A stretch of 62,851 bases of DNA, filler included, from Basidiobolus meristosporus CBS 931.73 (taxonomy: Eukaryota; Fungi; Basidiobolomycota), in the NCBI GenBank assembly GCA_002104905.1. It is 4 parts of 4 records of this genome, joined end to end, with 100 filler letters (N's around TTAATTAATTAA, not from the genome) between each part and the next. Parts side by side here need not be neighbours in the genome. Positions count along the whole stretch, not along the records: positions 35,184 to 45,547 come from MCFE01001302.1; positions 45,648 to 62,851 come from MCFE01001099.1; 2 more parts are not named here. One strand, 5' to 3'. The position numbers and the translations under genes were made by a program. Positions 35,839 through 46,099 of this stretch are shown piece after piece (the stretch's first letter is position 1; each line of letters begins with the position of its first letter). Below the pieces are notes generated by a model. That model saw nothing but the letters and a program-made list of their open reading frames with translations, was not told where the DNA came from and did no database searches.

Positions 35839-36149
35839 TTCAACTGACAAACGTTGGTTTCTCAAAATACTTGTATCAGTGTTCATCTTGGTTGATAGAA
35901 GCATTTGCATAAAACTAGCTTAGCAAGGATTCTCTGGATGGTGCACCTGCCTCCCAAAGTCAGCCATATCAGTATGTTCTATGCCGGGTGGATTCCCTAA
36001 CCCGACGGTTTCCATAATTCTTTGAAGCATCACGGAAATCATCTTTTAAGCGTTTGATAACCACTGTAGAATGGCAAACTCCGACCATATAGGAAACCAA
36101 CACTTGACAAAAACGACATATTCCATTAAAACTTTGTACACTCAATAAG

Positions 36150-36222
36150 GCCCGGCTAGCTCAATCGGTAGAGCGTGAGACTCTTAATCTCAAGGTTGTG
36201 GGTTCGACCCCCACGTTGGGTG
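36150..36222 (+). tRNA. trnK: tRNA-Lys(CTT)
   Basis: GCCCGGC/GTTGGGT acceptor; CT CTT AA loop. Confidence 0.96.
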
Positions 36223-36364
36223 ATGTATATTTTTTATTCTTTGTTTTTCACTTTCCTGGAATTGAGCAATAATTTTTGTGTTTTGAACGGTTGTCTGTAT
36301 ATGATATTTAAGCCGGATAGTGATATGGAAGAATGAAACAATGAATCCCAATAGAGTAATTATT

Positions 36365-36436
36365 GGACGTATAGCTCAGTGGTAGAGCAATTGACTGCAG
36401 ATCAATAGGTCGGTGGTTCAAATCCGCCTGCGTCCT
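36365..36436 (+). tRNA. trnC: tRNA-Cys(GCA)
   Basis: GGACGTA/TGCGTCC acceptor; CT GCA GA loop; U73. Confidence 0.97.
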
Positions 36437-36556
36437 CATCTTTTTTGCTAATTGAAGCGTTCATTAAAATACAATTTCGCCTAGCCACCAATTACATCTA
36501 CTCACATAAATATAGCATTCAAAAGATTGATGAAATTCATTTAGAATAATCCAAAA

Positions 36557-36629
36557 TGGAGGACCTGGGTATCGATCCCAGTGCCTCTCGCATGCTAAGC
36601 GAGCGCTCTACCATCTGAGCTAGACCCCC
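36557..36629 (-). tRNA. trnA: tRNA-Ala(AGC)
   Basis: G3-U70 pair; TT AGC AT loop. Confidence 0.97.
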
Positions 36630-37019
36630 ATATATATACACCTCGGTGGAAAACCACTTATCTTTTTTAATTCTTCAATAGATGTACTCGCATGGCAAAG
36701 AAAATACTGGCTAGCATTGAATTGAGGACCCTGTTAACAATGGTAATGTGTATGTCTCTTATTATCAACTTTGTGCGATCAAGGGGGCATTCATTGATGT
36801 ATGACTGATGGCTATTTTGGAGCATTTTTGTTATCCACACTACAGATGCTTTTGTTTCTTTCGGTTTGTTAATAGAAATCTCTCTGTGGCTACGCTATTA
36901 AGAGCTTCTGCCGTTTTCCCATATATAGCGCAATCTAGAAGTACACTAAATGTGAAAAGTAATCAAGCCTAACAGATCAGATTTCCGTATTTTCTAAGAC
37001 GGTTGTTTGCACTGGTACT

Positions 37020-37091
37020 GGCTCAATGGTTTAGTGGTATAATTCTCCCTTAGGGTGGGAGAGGTCCTGGGTTCAATTCCCAGTTGAGCCC
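37020..37091 (+). tRNA. trnP: tRNA-Pro(AGG)
   Basis: GGCTCAA/TTGAGCC acceptor; TT AGG GT loop. Confidence 0.97.
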
Positions 37092-37355
37092 TTCTTTTGT
37101 TTGTTTTCCTGTCAAAATGGATTGTTAGTAAGAATGGGGTACTCTGAGCTGCAGCAGCAATTAATGTTGTGGATTCCCCTTGGTAATTCTTGATTGACAA
37201 GTAATGTAAAAATGCAATTTTTCCATCACAACAGAGCCCTCTATTTAGTTACTTGGGGCAACTGACTACCTTTGGTTGTAATACGCACAAAGCCCGATTT
37301 AGTATCTACGCTAGGCATACTTGATCCAAATAATTTAGAGGGTCAGGAAAAGTAA

Positions 37356-37429
37356 TGTCTTCGCTCGGATTCGAACCGAGGACCGTCTGTGTGTTAGACA
37401 GACGTGATAACCAACTACACCACGAAGAC
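37356..37429 (-). tRNA. trnV: tRNA-Val(AAC)
   Basis: GTCTTCG/CGAAGAC acceptor; CT AAC AC loop. Confidence 0.97.
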
Positions 37430-37736
37430 ATATGTTTATTGGAAAGGATAGTAATGTACTTGATTGTGTTTATACATAAGGTCAATGTATAGCAAGTTTT
37501 GTGTACCGCGTGTCAAGTGCACTGGCCAAGGAATATGCCAAATTTAAGTACATCGCAACCACGGTTTCCAGCATAATTACAAATGTTTATTTTAGGTATG
37601 GAAAAAGTCTATTGGGGTCTGCTATGGGATTGGATAGTATATCTACCTGTTGTCCAAGAAATGAATAGCGTATGATAGTTACATTATGATTTTAGAAAAT
37701 CAAATGTCCAACGATCATACCATATATTATAAGTGT

Positions 37737-37808
37737 GGGGGGTTGGCGCAACGGTAGCGCGTTCGCCTCCAGAGCGAAAGGTTGCGTGTTCAAATCACGC
37801 ACTCCTCA
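37737..37808 (+). tRNA. trnW: tRNA-Trp(CCA)
   Basis: GGGGGGT/ACTCCTC acceptor; CT CCA GA loop. Confidence 0.96.
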
Positions 37809-38048
37809 CTTAATTTTTGCCACTTTTTAGCACATGTTGTAATGATGGTTAACTCAACCTCAGTCGCAGAGCAAGGTATTGTTTATTGATACATATCTCT
37901 TTGCTGTGTGTTCCTTTGTCCTATTTGATAACGTGTATGTCTACACTATCCATGTGCGGGTTTATTTTAAGCAAAGTTATTGATAACTAATTTATATTGC
38001 TAGCTCAGCTCTGATTACATACATGGCTATATCAGAGCTACAAGCTAA

Positions 38049-38122
38049 GCTCGCATAGCTCAGTTGGTTAGAGCGTGGTGCTAATAACGCCAAGGCCGCA
38101 GGTTTGACCCCTGCTGTGAGCA
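38049..38122 (+). tRNA. trnI: tRNA-Ile(AAT), T-loop variant TTTGA
   Basis: GCTCGCA/TGTGAGC acceptor; CT AAT AA loop. Confidence 0.93.
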
Positions 38123-38445
38123 TTCTCTTTTAGCCTTAGCGTAGTGTTACATCATGGCTATCCACTTTAGACTTGCGTTTATCTTTTCACGCTTTGCTGA
38201 TATTATCAAGCATTTCACATACCTACTGTACACTCCAATGCCTCTGTATCATCTCTATATTACACCGCTATCAGATGCTCCGGTATATTAGAATGGTACT
38301 GACTATCCTAGCATAAGAAATTAAGCCACTCAGAGCTTCAGGGGAATTGGGATCTCTATCCGGTGTGATGAAAATGATGTTTCTGTCTTTATGAGTAGTG
38401 CCCAAACCAAAGGGATTGCACCTGGTAGATGGCACTATCCTGGGT

Positions 38446-38517
38446 TCTCGGATAGTATAGTGGTAAGTATCCCTGCCTGTCACGCAGGAGACCCGGGTTC
38501 AATTCCCGGTCCGAGAG
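38446..38517 (+). tRNA. trnD: tRNA-Asp(GTC)
   Basis: TCTCGGA/TCCGAGA acceptor; CT GTC AC loop; G73. Confidence 0.97.
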
Positions 38518-38780
38518 TTTCTTTTGAGCTTTGAAGTAATATTTTGTATGAAAAACCTTGGTGCATGACAGAAACGAAAATCTAACCTCGATTGTGATGC
38601 TAAGTGGCCCCATAGATATTAGTCAAGATACTTTCATTTGTTAATAGAAAGCTCTGACTATATCATTAAGAGTATGTATCGAAATGCTTAGGGTGTGGTA
38701 TACGAACCCTTTGGATTTGCTAGACAATGATATACAAGGATATGTCAACTGTGAATATTTCATAGACTCAACTGTGCTCC

Positions 38781-38852
38781 TCCGCATTGGTCCAGTGGTC
38801 AGGATCTCTCGCTCTCACCGAGAAGGCCGGGGTTCGATTCCCCGATGCGGAA
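38781..38852 (+). tRNA. trnE: tRNA-Glu(CTC)
   Basis: TCCGCAT/ATGCGGA acceptor; CT CTC AC loop. Confidence 0.97.
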
Positions 38853-39225
38853 GTTCAATAATACCTTTTAATCCAAAGGTACAACTTCATGGCCCGTTTC
38901 GTTGAAGCAATGCAATCCAGCTGTTTATATATTTTTGCCGGAATGGTGAATTCCTCGTTAAGAACCTTCGAGTGGCGTGCAACCTGTATACTGAAGTGTT
39001 GTTAGCCGGGTGGTCTCTTTGTATCACACAATACCCTAATTGTGCATATTAGGAAAACAAATACCCGGTTGTATTTATACATAGTATAACACCTATACGA
39101 GATAAAAATGTATAGACACGGTTATCTATATGAATGAGCATAGTTAATGGCTAATACGAACTACTGATATACGGAAAGCTTCGCTCTCAAGCTAAGAGTT
39201 ACTTTGAGAATACAGTAGACAATAT

Positions 39226-39298
39226 GGGCGTATGGCCAAATGGATAAGGCGCCTGACTACGGATCAGGAGATTCCAGGTTCGATCCCTGGTATGCTCG
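39226..39298 (+). tRNA. trnR: tRNA-Arg(ACG)
   Basis: GGGCGTA/TATGCTC acceptor; CT ACG GA loop. Confidence 0.97.
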
Positions 39299-39977
39299 TA
39301 TTTTTGCTCTTTTAGAGTTGTATTTCCAAACCTCAAGAATATCGCACATTTGGTGAGATATCTTTACTTTAATTACTCTTACGGGTTCCTTCTTCCGCTT
39401 CAACATTAGGGAGCATACATAATACTACATTTATGGTGAAAACCAATAGTAAACTTTACTAGGCCCAGCTTGCCAGAAAAATGACGTACCCTTGATAAGC
39501 TTGGCTGGTCAAGGCTTTAGAGTTCCCATTTAGGTTATAAAGCAAAAGGTTCGATGTACGTAGGAGAGGTTAGGGCCAGCGAACAAATTAAACAAAATTA
39601 ATTTGGTTGTGTTCAATGATGCATACAGCATTTTTACAAAATTTCGTCATAACCGCCTAAGTTTACCATTACTAGACTAGTGCTAACATCTAAACTCCCT
39701 TCCCCCGAATGGAACTTGTTTCAGTGGTGTCAGTAGTCACCCGCCTAGCCAGCTGCGACCAAAGGGACTTGCATATTACTTCAATACTTTGATCTATTTC
39801 GGTTGGTATGCATATATATTCCAGTCATTAGATGATATATATTAATGGCACTGGTATGGACCACCCGGAGAAAGGTGGGCTTAAACCACCATAGCCTTGC
39901 AACCTCCCATGCTTGTTTGAAGTGGCAAAAGCATAACATAATTAAAGATAAATACTCATTGAGATACGTTACTCTCG

Positions 39978-40096
39978 AGCATCGGCCATACATACCAGAA
40001 AATACCGGATCCCGTCCGATCTCCGAAGTCAAACTGGTAATGGCCTAGTCAGTACTACGGTGGGGGACCACGTGGGAATACTAGGTGCTGATGTTT
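39978..40096 (+). rRNA. 5S: 5S rRNA
   Basis: GGCCATAC start; GGATCCCGTCCGATCTCCG; AGTACT...GGGGGACC...GGGAA; terminal helix AGCATCGGC/GCTGATGTT; T4 terminator. Confidence 0.97.
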
Positions 40097-40289
40097 TCTT
40101 CCGAATTGCTCCACTACACAATACTCTTTTGCTTCTGTTATGTGTGCGTGTGTCTGTTCTTCCTTTGCTACTGCTGTCTTTGGTATAAAAGAGTTTGCTT
40201 TCCAGATACAATGCTGCTCTCTATTCCCTAGTCATTATTGCTGAAGGGCAATTTTAGATAGTATATATAAGAAAGGGTTGTCGTATAAT

Positions 40290-40362
40290 GCCTCCTTGGC
40301 TCAGTTGGCAGAGCGTCTGCCTAGTAAGCAGAAGGTCGCTGGTTCGATTCCGGCAGAAGGCA
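40290..40362 (+). tRNA. trnT: tRNA-Thr(AGT)
   Basis: GCCTCCT/AGAAGGC acceptor (one C-A mismatch); CT AGT AA loop; TATATATAA about 28 nt upstream. Confidence 0.95.
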
Positions 40363-40555
40363 TGTTTTACATGTTGAACCTTTTATACTTTTATACTTGT
40401 ACAAGAAAATGTCTTTATTGTCTACTTCAAAGGGCTGTGCTAAGCATCCAAATGTTCAAAACATTAAGTGGCCGTTGCCCATGTCATTTACTAAATCTGG
40501 CTTTGGCTCTTATGTGACTCTTGAGTAAAAGCAAGCAAAATTACTCCAAAAGCAA

Positions 40556-40638
40556 TGAAGAGAGTGGGATTCGAACCCACGCCTCCGAAGAGATCACGGC
40601 CTTAACGTGACGCCTTAGACCAACTCGGCCATCTCTCC
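40556..40638 (-). tRNA. trnL: tRNA-Leu(AAG)
   Basis: GGAGAGA/TCTCTTC acceptor; TT AAG GC loop; long variable arm. Confidence 0.97.
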
Positions 40639-40877
40639 ATTCTTGTGGTTTGTTTACCATCGTTCTAAATGTCAATTTAACTTACCCGCCATTTAGATCA
40701 AAATCTATTGCTCGCCGTTGGTGGCTTAGTCAGGTAAGTGCAATTATAGGAGCTCTCCACGTACCTGCTGTCTCATTATAGACTTTTTTTGTAACGCAGT
40801 TGATTAACAAGCTAGTAACGGTGCTATTGTACAATTTATCTCCATATTATATTTTAAATCAGGATCAAATAACAAAA

Positions 40878-40962
40878 CCGAACATAGCTCAGTTGGTAGA
40901 GCGGAAGACTGTAGTGTTATATAGCAATCTTTAGGTCCCTGGTTCAAATCCGGGTGTTCGGA
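40878..40962 (+). tRNA. trnY: tRNA-Tyr(GTA) with intron, unit 2
   Basis: Same as the unit 1 copy; intron 40915-40926. Confidence 0.96.
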
Positions 40963-41252
40963 ATTTTTGGTTTGTGCAAACCCTATTCCTACGGGTATCA
41001 CTTGTGGGTAGAGCCTTGCAGCAAAGGCTCGCCTTTTTCTTGTTGGATGTGGCTCTTTACATACGATATTTGCAATACTTTATGTTATTGCTTTACCACC
41101 GTATCTGCAATGGTTTTAAGAAATATTGGCCCTTCCCATAGTGCATTGCCCTAAGTATACAATTTTTGCTTTGTTGCCCCTGAACGATTGCTTCCTTTTT
41201 GATACTTGTTGGTGGGAATACCGGTTGCCAGGGAAAACAAAATATAAAAATG

Positions 41253-41326
41253 CGCTCCTGGGTGGGCTTGAACCACCAACCTCCTGATTAACAGTCAGAC
41301 GCGCTAGCCAATTGCGCCACAAGAGC
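41253..41326 (-). tRNA. trnN: tRNA-Asn(GTT), unit 2
   Basis: Same as the unit 1 copy. Confidence 0.97.
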
Positions 41327-41637
41327 TTCAACTGACAAACGTTGGTTTCTCAAAATACTTGTATCAGTGTTCATCTTGGTTGATAGAAGCATTTGCATAA
41401 AACTAGCTTAGCAAGGATTCTCTGGATGGTGCACCTGCCTCCCAAAGTCAGCCATATCAGTATGTTCTATGCCGGGTGGATTCCCTAACCCGACGGTTTC
41501 CATAATTCTTTGAAGCATCACGGAAATCATCTTTTAAGCGTTTGATAACCACTGTAGAATGGCAAACTCCGACCATATAGGAAACCAACACTTGACAAAA
41601 ACGACATATTCCATTAAAACTTTGTACACTCAATAAG

Positions 41638-41710
41638 GCCCGGCTAGCTCAATCGGTAGAGCGTGAGACTCTTAATCTCAAGGTTGTGGGTTCGACCCCC
41701 ACGTTGGGTG
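41638..41710 (+). tRNA. trnK: tRNA-Lys(CTT), unit 2
   Basis: Same as the unit 1 copy. Confidence 0.96.
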
Positions 41711-41852
41711 ATGTATATTTTTTATTCTTTGTTTTTCACTTTCCTGGAATTGAGCAATAATTTTTGTGTTTTGAACGGTTGTCTGTATATGATATTTAAG
41801 CCGGATAGTGATATGGAAGAATGAAACAATGAATCCCAATAGAGTAATTATT

Positions 41853-41924
41853 GGACGTATAGCTCAGTGGTAGAGCAATTGACTGCAGATCAATAGGTCG
41901 GTGGTTCAAATCCGCCTGCGTCCT
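41853..41924 (+). tRNA. trnC: tRNA-Cys(GCA), unit 2
   Basis: Same as the unit 1 copy. Confidence 0.97.
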
Positions 41925-42044
41925 CATCTTTTTTGCTAATTGAAGCGTTCATTAAAATACAATTTCGCCTAGCCACCAATTACATCTACTCACATAAATA
42001 TAGCATTCAAAAGATTGATGAAATTCATTTAGAATAATCCAAAA

Positions 42045-42117
42045 TGGAGGACCTGGGTATCGATCCCAGTGCCTCTCGCATGCTAAGCGAGCGCTCTACC
42101 ATCTGAGCTAGACCCCC
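42045..42117 (-). tRNA. trnA: tRNA-Ala(AGC), unit 2
   Basis: Same as the unit 1 copy. Confidence 0.97.
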
Positions 42118-42507
42118 ATATATATACACCTCGGTGGAAAACCACTTATCTTTTTTAATTCTTCAATAGATGTACTCGCATGGCAAAGAAAATACTGGCT
42201 AGCATTGAATTGAGGACCCTGTTAACAATGGTAATGTGTATGTCTCTTATTATCAACTTTGTGCGATCAAGGGGGCATTCATTGATGTATGACTGATGGC
42301 TATTTTGGAGCATTTTTGTTATCCACACTACAGATGCTTTTGTTTCTTTCGGTTTGTTAATAGAAATCTCTCTGTGGCTACGCTATTAAGAGCTTCTGCC
42401 GTTTTCCCATATATAGCGCAATCTAGAAGTACACTAAATGTGAAAAGTAATCAAGCCTAACAGATCAGATTTCCGTATTTTCTAAGACGGTTGTTTGCAC
42501 TGGTACT

Positions 42508-42579
42508 GGCTCAATGGTTTAGTGGTATAATTCTCCCTTAGGGTGGGAGAGGTCCTGGGTTCAATTCCCAGTTGAGCCC
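42508..42579 (+). tRNA. trnP: tRNA-Pro(AGG), unit 2
   Basis: Same as the unit 1 copy. Confidence 0.97.
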
Positions 42580-42843
42580 TTCTTTTGTTTGTTTTCCTGT
42601 CAAAATGGATTGTTAGTAAGAATGGGGTACTCTGAGCTGCAGCAGCAATTAATGTTGTGGATTCCCCTTGGTAATTCTTGATTGACAAGTAATGTAAAAA
42701 TGCAATTTTTCCATCACAACAGAGCCCTCTATTTAGTTACTTGGGGCAACTGACTACCTTTGGTTGTAATACGCACAAAGCCCGATTTAGTATCTACGCT
42801 AGGCATACTTGATCCAAATAATTTAGAGGGTCAGGAAAAGTAA

Positions 42844-42917
42844 TGTCTTCGCTCGGATTCGAACCGAGGACCGTCTGTGTGTTAGACAGACGTGATAACC
42901 AACTACACCACGAAGAC
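42844..42917 (-). tRNA. trnV: tRNA-Val(AAC), unit 2
   Basis: Same as the unit 1 copy. Confidence 0.97.
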
Positions 42918-43224
42918 ATATGTTTATTGGAAAGGATAGTAATGTACTTGATTGTGTTTATACATAAGGTCAATGTATAGCAAGTTTTGTGTACCGCGTG
43001 TCAAGTGCACTGGCCAAGGAATATGCCAAATTTAAGTACATCGCAACCACGGTTTCCAGCATAATTACAAATGTTTATTTTAGGTATGGAAAAAGTCTAT
43101 TGGGGTCTGCTATGGGATTGGATAGTATATCTACCTGTTGTCCAAGAAATGAATAGCGTATGATAGTTACATTATGATTTTAGAAAATCAAATGTCCAAC
43201 GATCATACCATATATTATAAGTGT

Positions 43225-43296
43225 GGGGGGTTGGCGCAACGGTAGCGCGTTCGCCTCCAGAGCGAAAGGTTGCGTGTTCAAATCACGCACTCCTCA
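43225..43296 (+). tRNA. trnW: tRNA-Trp(CCA), unit 2
   Basis: Same as the unit 1 copy. Confidence 0.96.
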
Positions 43297-43536
43297 CTTA
43301 ATTTTTGCCACTTTTTAGCACATGTTGTAATGATGGTTAACTCAACCTCAGTCGCAGAGCAAGGTATTGTTTATTGATACATATCTCTTTGCTGTGTGTT
43401 CCTTTGTCCTATTTGATAACGTGTATGTCTACACTATCCATGTGCGGGTTTATTTTAAGCAAAGTTATTGATAACTAATTTATATTGCTAGCTCAGCTCT
43501 GATTACATACATGGCTATATCAGAGCTACAAGCTAA

Positions 43537-43610
43537 GCTCGCATAGCTCAGTTGGTTAGAGCGTGGTGCTAATAACGCCAAGGCCGCAGGTTTGACCCCT
43601 GCTGTGAGCA
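43537..43610 (+). tRNA. trnI: tRNA-Ile(AAT), unit 2
   Basis: Same as the unit 1 copy, including the TTTGA T-loop. Confidence 0.93.
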
Positions 43611-43933
43611 TTCTCTTTTAGCCTTAGCGTAGTGTTACATCATGGCTATCCACTTTAGACTTGCGTTTATCTTTTCACGCTTTGCTGATATTATCAAGCA
43701 TTTCACATACCTACTGTACACTCCAATGCCTCTGTATCATCTCTATATTACACCGCTATCAGATGCTCCGGTATATTAGAATGGTACTGACTATCCTAGC
43801 ATAAGAAATTAAGCCACTCAGAGCTTCAGGGGAATTGGGATCTCTATCCGGTGTGATGAAAATGATGTTTCTGTCTTTATGAGTAGTGCCCAAATCAAAG
43901 GGATTGCACCTGGTAGATGGCACTATCCTGGGT

Positions 43934-44005
43934 TCTCGGATAGTATAGTGGTAAGTATCCCTGCCTGTCACGCAGGAGACCCGGGTTCAATTCCCGGTCC
44001 GAGAG
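43934..44005 (+). tRNA. trnD: tRNA-Asp(GTC), unit 2
   Basis: Same as the unit 1 copy. Confidence 0.97.
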
Positions 44006-44268
44006 TTTCTTTTGAGCTTTGAAGTAATATTTTGTATGAAAAACCTTGGTGCATGACAGAAACGAAAATCTAACCTCGATTGTGATGCTAAGTGGCCCCA
44101 TAGATATTAGTCAAGATACTTTCATTTGTTAATAGAAAGCTCTGACTATATCATTAAGAGTATGTATCGAAATGCTTAGGGTGTGGTATACGAACCCTTT
44201 GGATTTGCTAGACAATGATATACAAGGATATGTCAACTGTGAATATTTCATAGACTCAACTGTGCTCC

Positions 44269-44340
44269 TCCGCATTGGTCCAGTGGTCAGGATCTCTCGC
44301 TCTCACCGAGAAGGCCGGGGTTCGATTCCCCGATGCGGAA
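44269..44340 (+). tRNA. trnE: tRNA-Glu(CTC), unit 2
   Basis: Same as the unit 1 copy. Confidence 0.97.
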
Positions 44341-44713
44341 GTTCAATAATACCTTTTAATCCAAAGGTACAACTTCATGGCCCGTTTCGTTGAAGCAATG
44401 CAATCCAGCTGTTTATATATTTTTGCCGGAATGGTGAATTCCTCGTTAAGAACCTTCGAGTGGCGTGCAACCTGTATACTGAAGTGTTGTTAGCCGGGTG
44501 GTCTCTTTGTATCACACAATACCCTAATTGTGCATATTAGGAAAACAAATACCCGGTTGTATTTATACATAGTATAACACCTATACGAGATAAAAATGTA
44601 TAGACACGGTTATCTATATGAATGAGCATAGTTAATGGCTAATACGAACTACTGATATACGGAAAGCTTCGCTCTCAAGCTAAGAGTTACTTTGAGAATA
44701 CAGTAGACAATAT

Positions 44714-44786
44714 GGGCGTATGGCCAAATGGATAAGGCGCCTGACTACGGATCAGGAGATTCCAGGTTCGATCCCTGGTATGCTCG
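44714..44786 (+). tRNA. trnR: tRNA-Arg(ACG), unit 2
   Basis: Same as the unit 1 copy. Confidence 0.97.
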
Positions 44787-45465
44787 TATTTTTGCTCTTT
44801 TAGAGTTGTATTTCCAAACCTCAAGAATATCGCACATTTGGTGAGATATCTTTACTTTAATTACTCTTACGGGTTCCTTCTTCCGCTTCAACATTAGGGA
44901 GCATACATAATACTACATTTATGGTGAAAACCAATAGTAAACTTTACTAGGCCCAGCTTGCCAGAAAAATGACGTACCCTTGATAAGCTTGGCTGGTCAA
45001 GGCTTTAGAGTTCCCATTTAGGTTATAAAGCAAAAGGTTCGATGTACGTAGGAGAGGTTAGGGCCAGCGAACAAATTAAACAAAATTAATTTGGTTGTGT
45101 TCAATGATGCATACAGCATTTTTACAAAATTTCGTCATAACCGCCTAAGTTTACCATTACTAGACTAGTGCTAACATCTAAACTCCCTTCCCCCGAATGG
45201 AACTTGTTTCAGTGGTGTCAGTAGTCACCCGCCTAGCCAGCTGCGACCAAAGGGACTTGCATATTACTTCAATACTTTGATCTATTTCGGTTGGTATGCA
45301 TATATATTCCAGTCATTAGATGATATATATTAATGGCACTGGTATGGACCACCCGGAGAAAGGTGGGCTTAAACCACCATAGCCTTGCAACCTCCCATGC
45401 TTGTTTGAAGTGGCAAAAGCATAACATAATTAAAGATAAATACTCATTGAGATACGTTACTCTCG

Positions 45466-45547
45466 AGCATCGGCCATACATACCAGAAAATACCGGATCC
45501 CGTCCGATCTCCGAAGTCAAACTGGTAATGGCCTAGTCAGTACTACG
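45466..45547 (+). rRNA. 5S: 5S rRNA, unit 2 (cut by the contig end)
   Basis: Identical to the first 82 nt of 39978-40096. Confidence 0.95.
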
Positions 45548-45647
45548 NNNNNNNNNNNNNNNNNNNNNNNNNNNNNNNNNNNNNNNNNNNNTTAATTAAT
45601 TAANNNNNNNNNNNNNNNNNNNNNNNNNNNNNNNNNNNNNNNNNNNN
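45548..45647. other. Artificial contig spacer
   Basis: 44N-TTAATTAATTAA-44N. Confidence 0.97.
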
Positions 45648-46099
45648 GAGTTCAAAGTCTTGATAACTTCTCAGGCCTTACTGAAGTTAAGTATTTACTA
45701 ATATAATGCCAGCTAAATTGCAAGTAAGCGTATTTTAATCTGCATGTACGCTTAATACAATCTTGACAGACATGAGTTTATGGGAAAAAGCCTCCCTTGC
45801 CAAAGGCCAGCCAAATGCTTGCATAAGACCATCAGAAATCCAATTTCCCTTAAATTCACACCTTGTAGTATCAAGCATTGTAGCATTTTTTTGAATAATC
45901 AGCTGTCTGTGTAGTGTATAAACTGTTATAAGTATTTAGCTTACATCTGTACCACTCATAAGACATGGGACTCTACTTAGCTTACCGCCAAGCCATGAGC
46001 TAATCACTTGAAATCTAGTTTGTCGGATATTTGCTAATCAACGGAGTTAGCATTCTAAAACTTATCCAAAAACCTCCAAGCATTACACACAGCTTCCTA

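Larger units (their letters stand above)
35184..45547. repeat. Tandem tRNA/5S array, unit 5488 bp (unit 1 35184-40671; partial unit 2 40672-45547)
   Basis: Sequence repeats at a +5488 offset; the only difference noticed is C38407 versus T43895. Confidence 0.98.

Noticed and set aside
40420-40440. CTTCAAA as a tRNA-Sec anticodon loop
   Set aside because: The flanks do not form an anticodon stem, and there is no Sec cloverleaf.
35316-45536. Short track ORFs within the array
   Set aside because: They overlap tRNA or 5S genes, recur only because the unit repeats, and show no protein motifs.
45648-46099. Sequence between the third gap and the first LTR
   Set aside because: No motif or repeat match found by eye.
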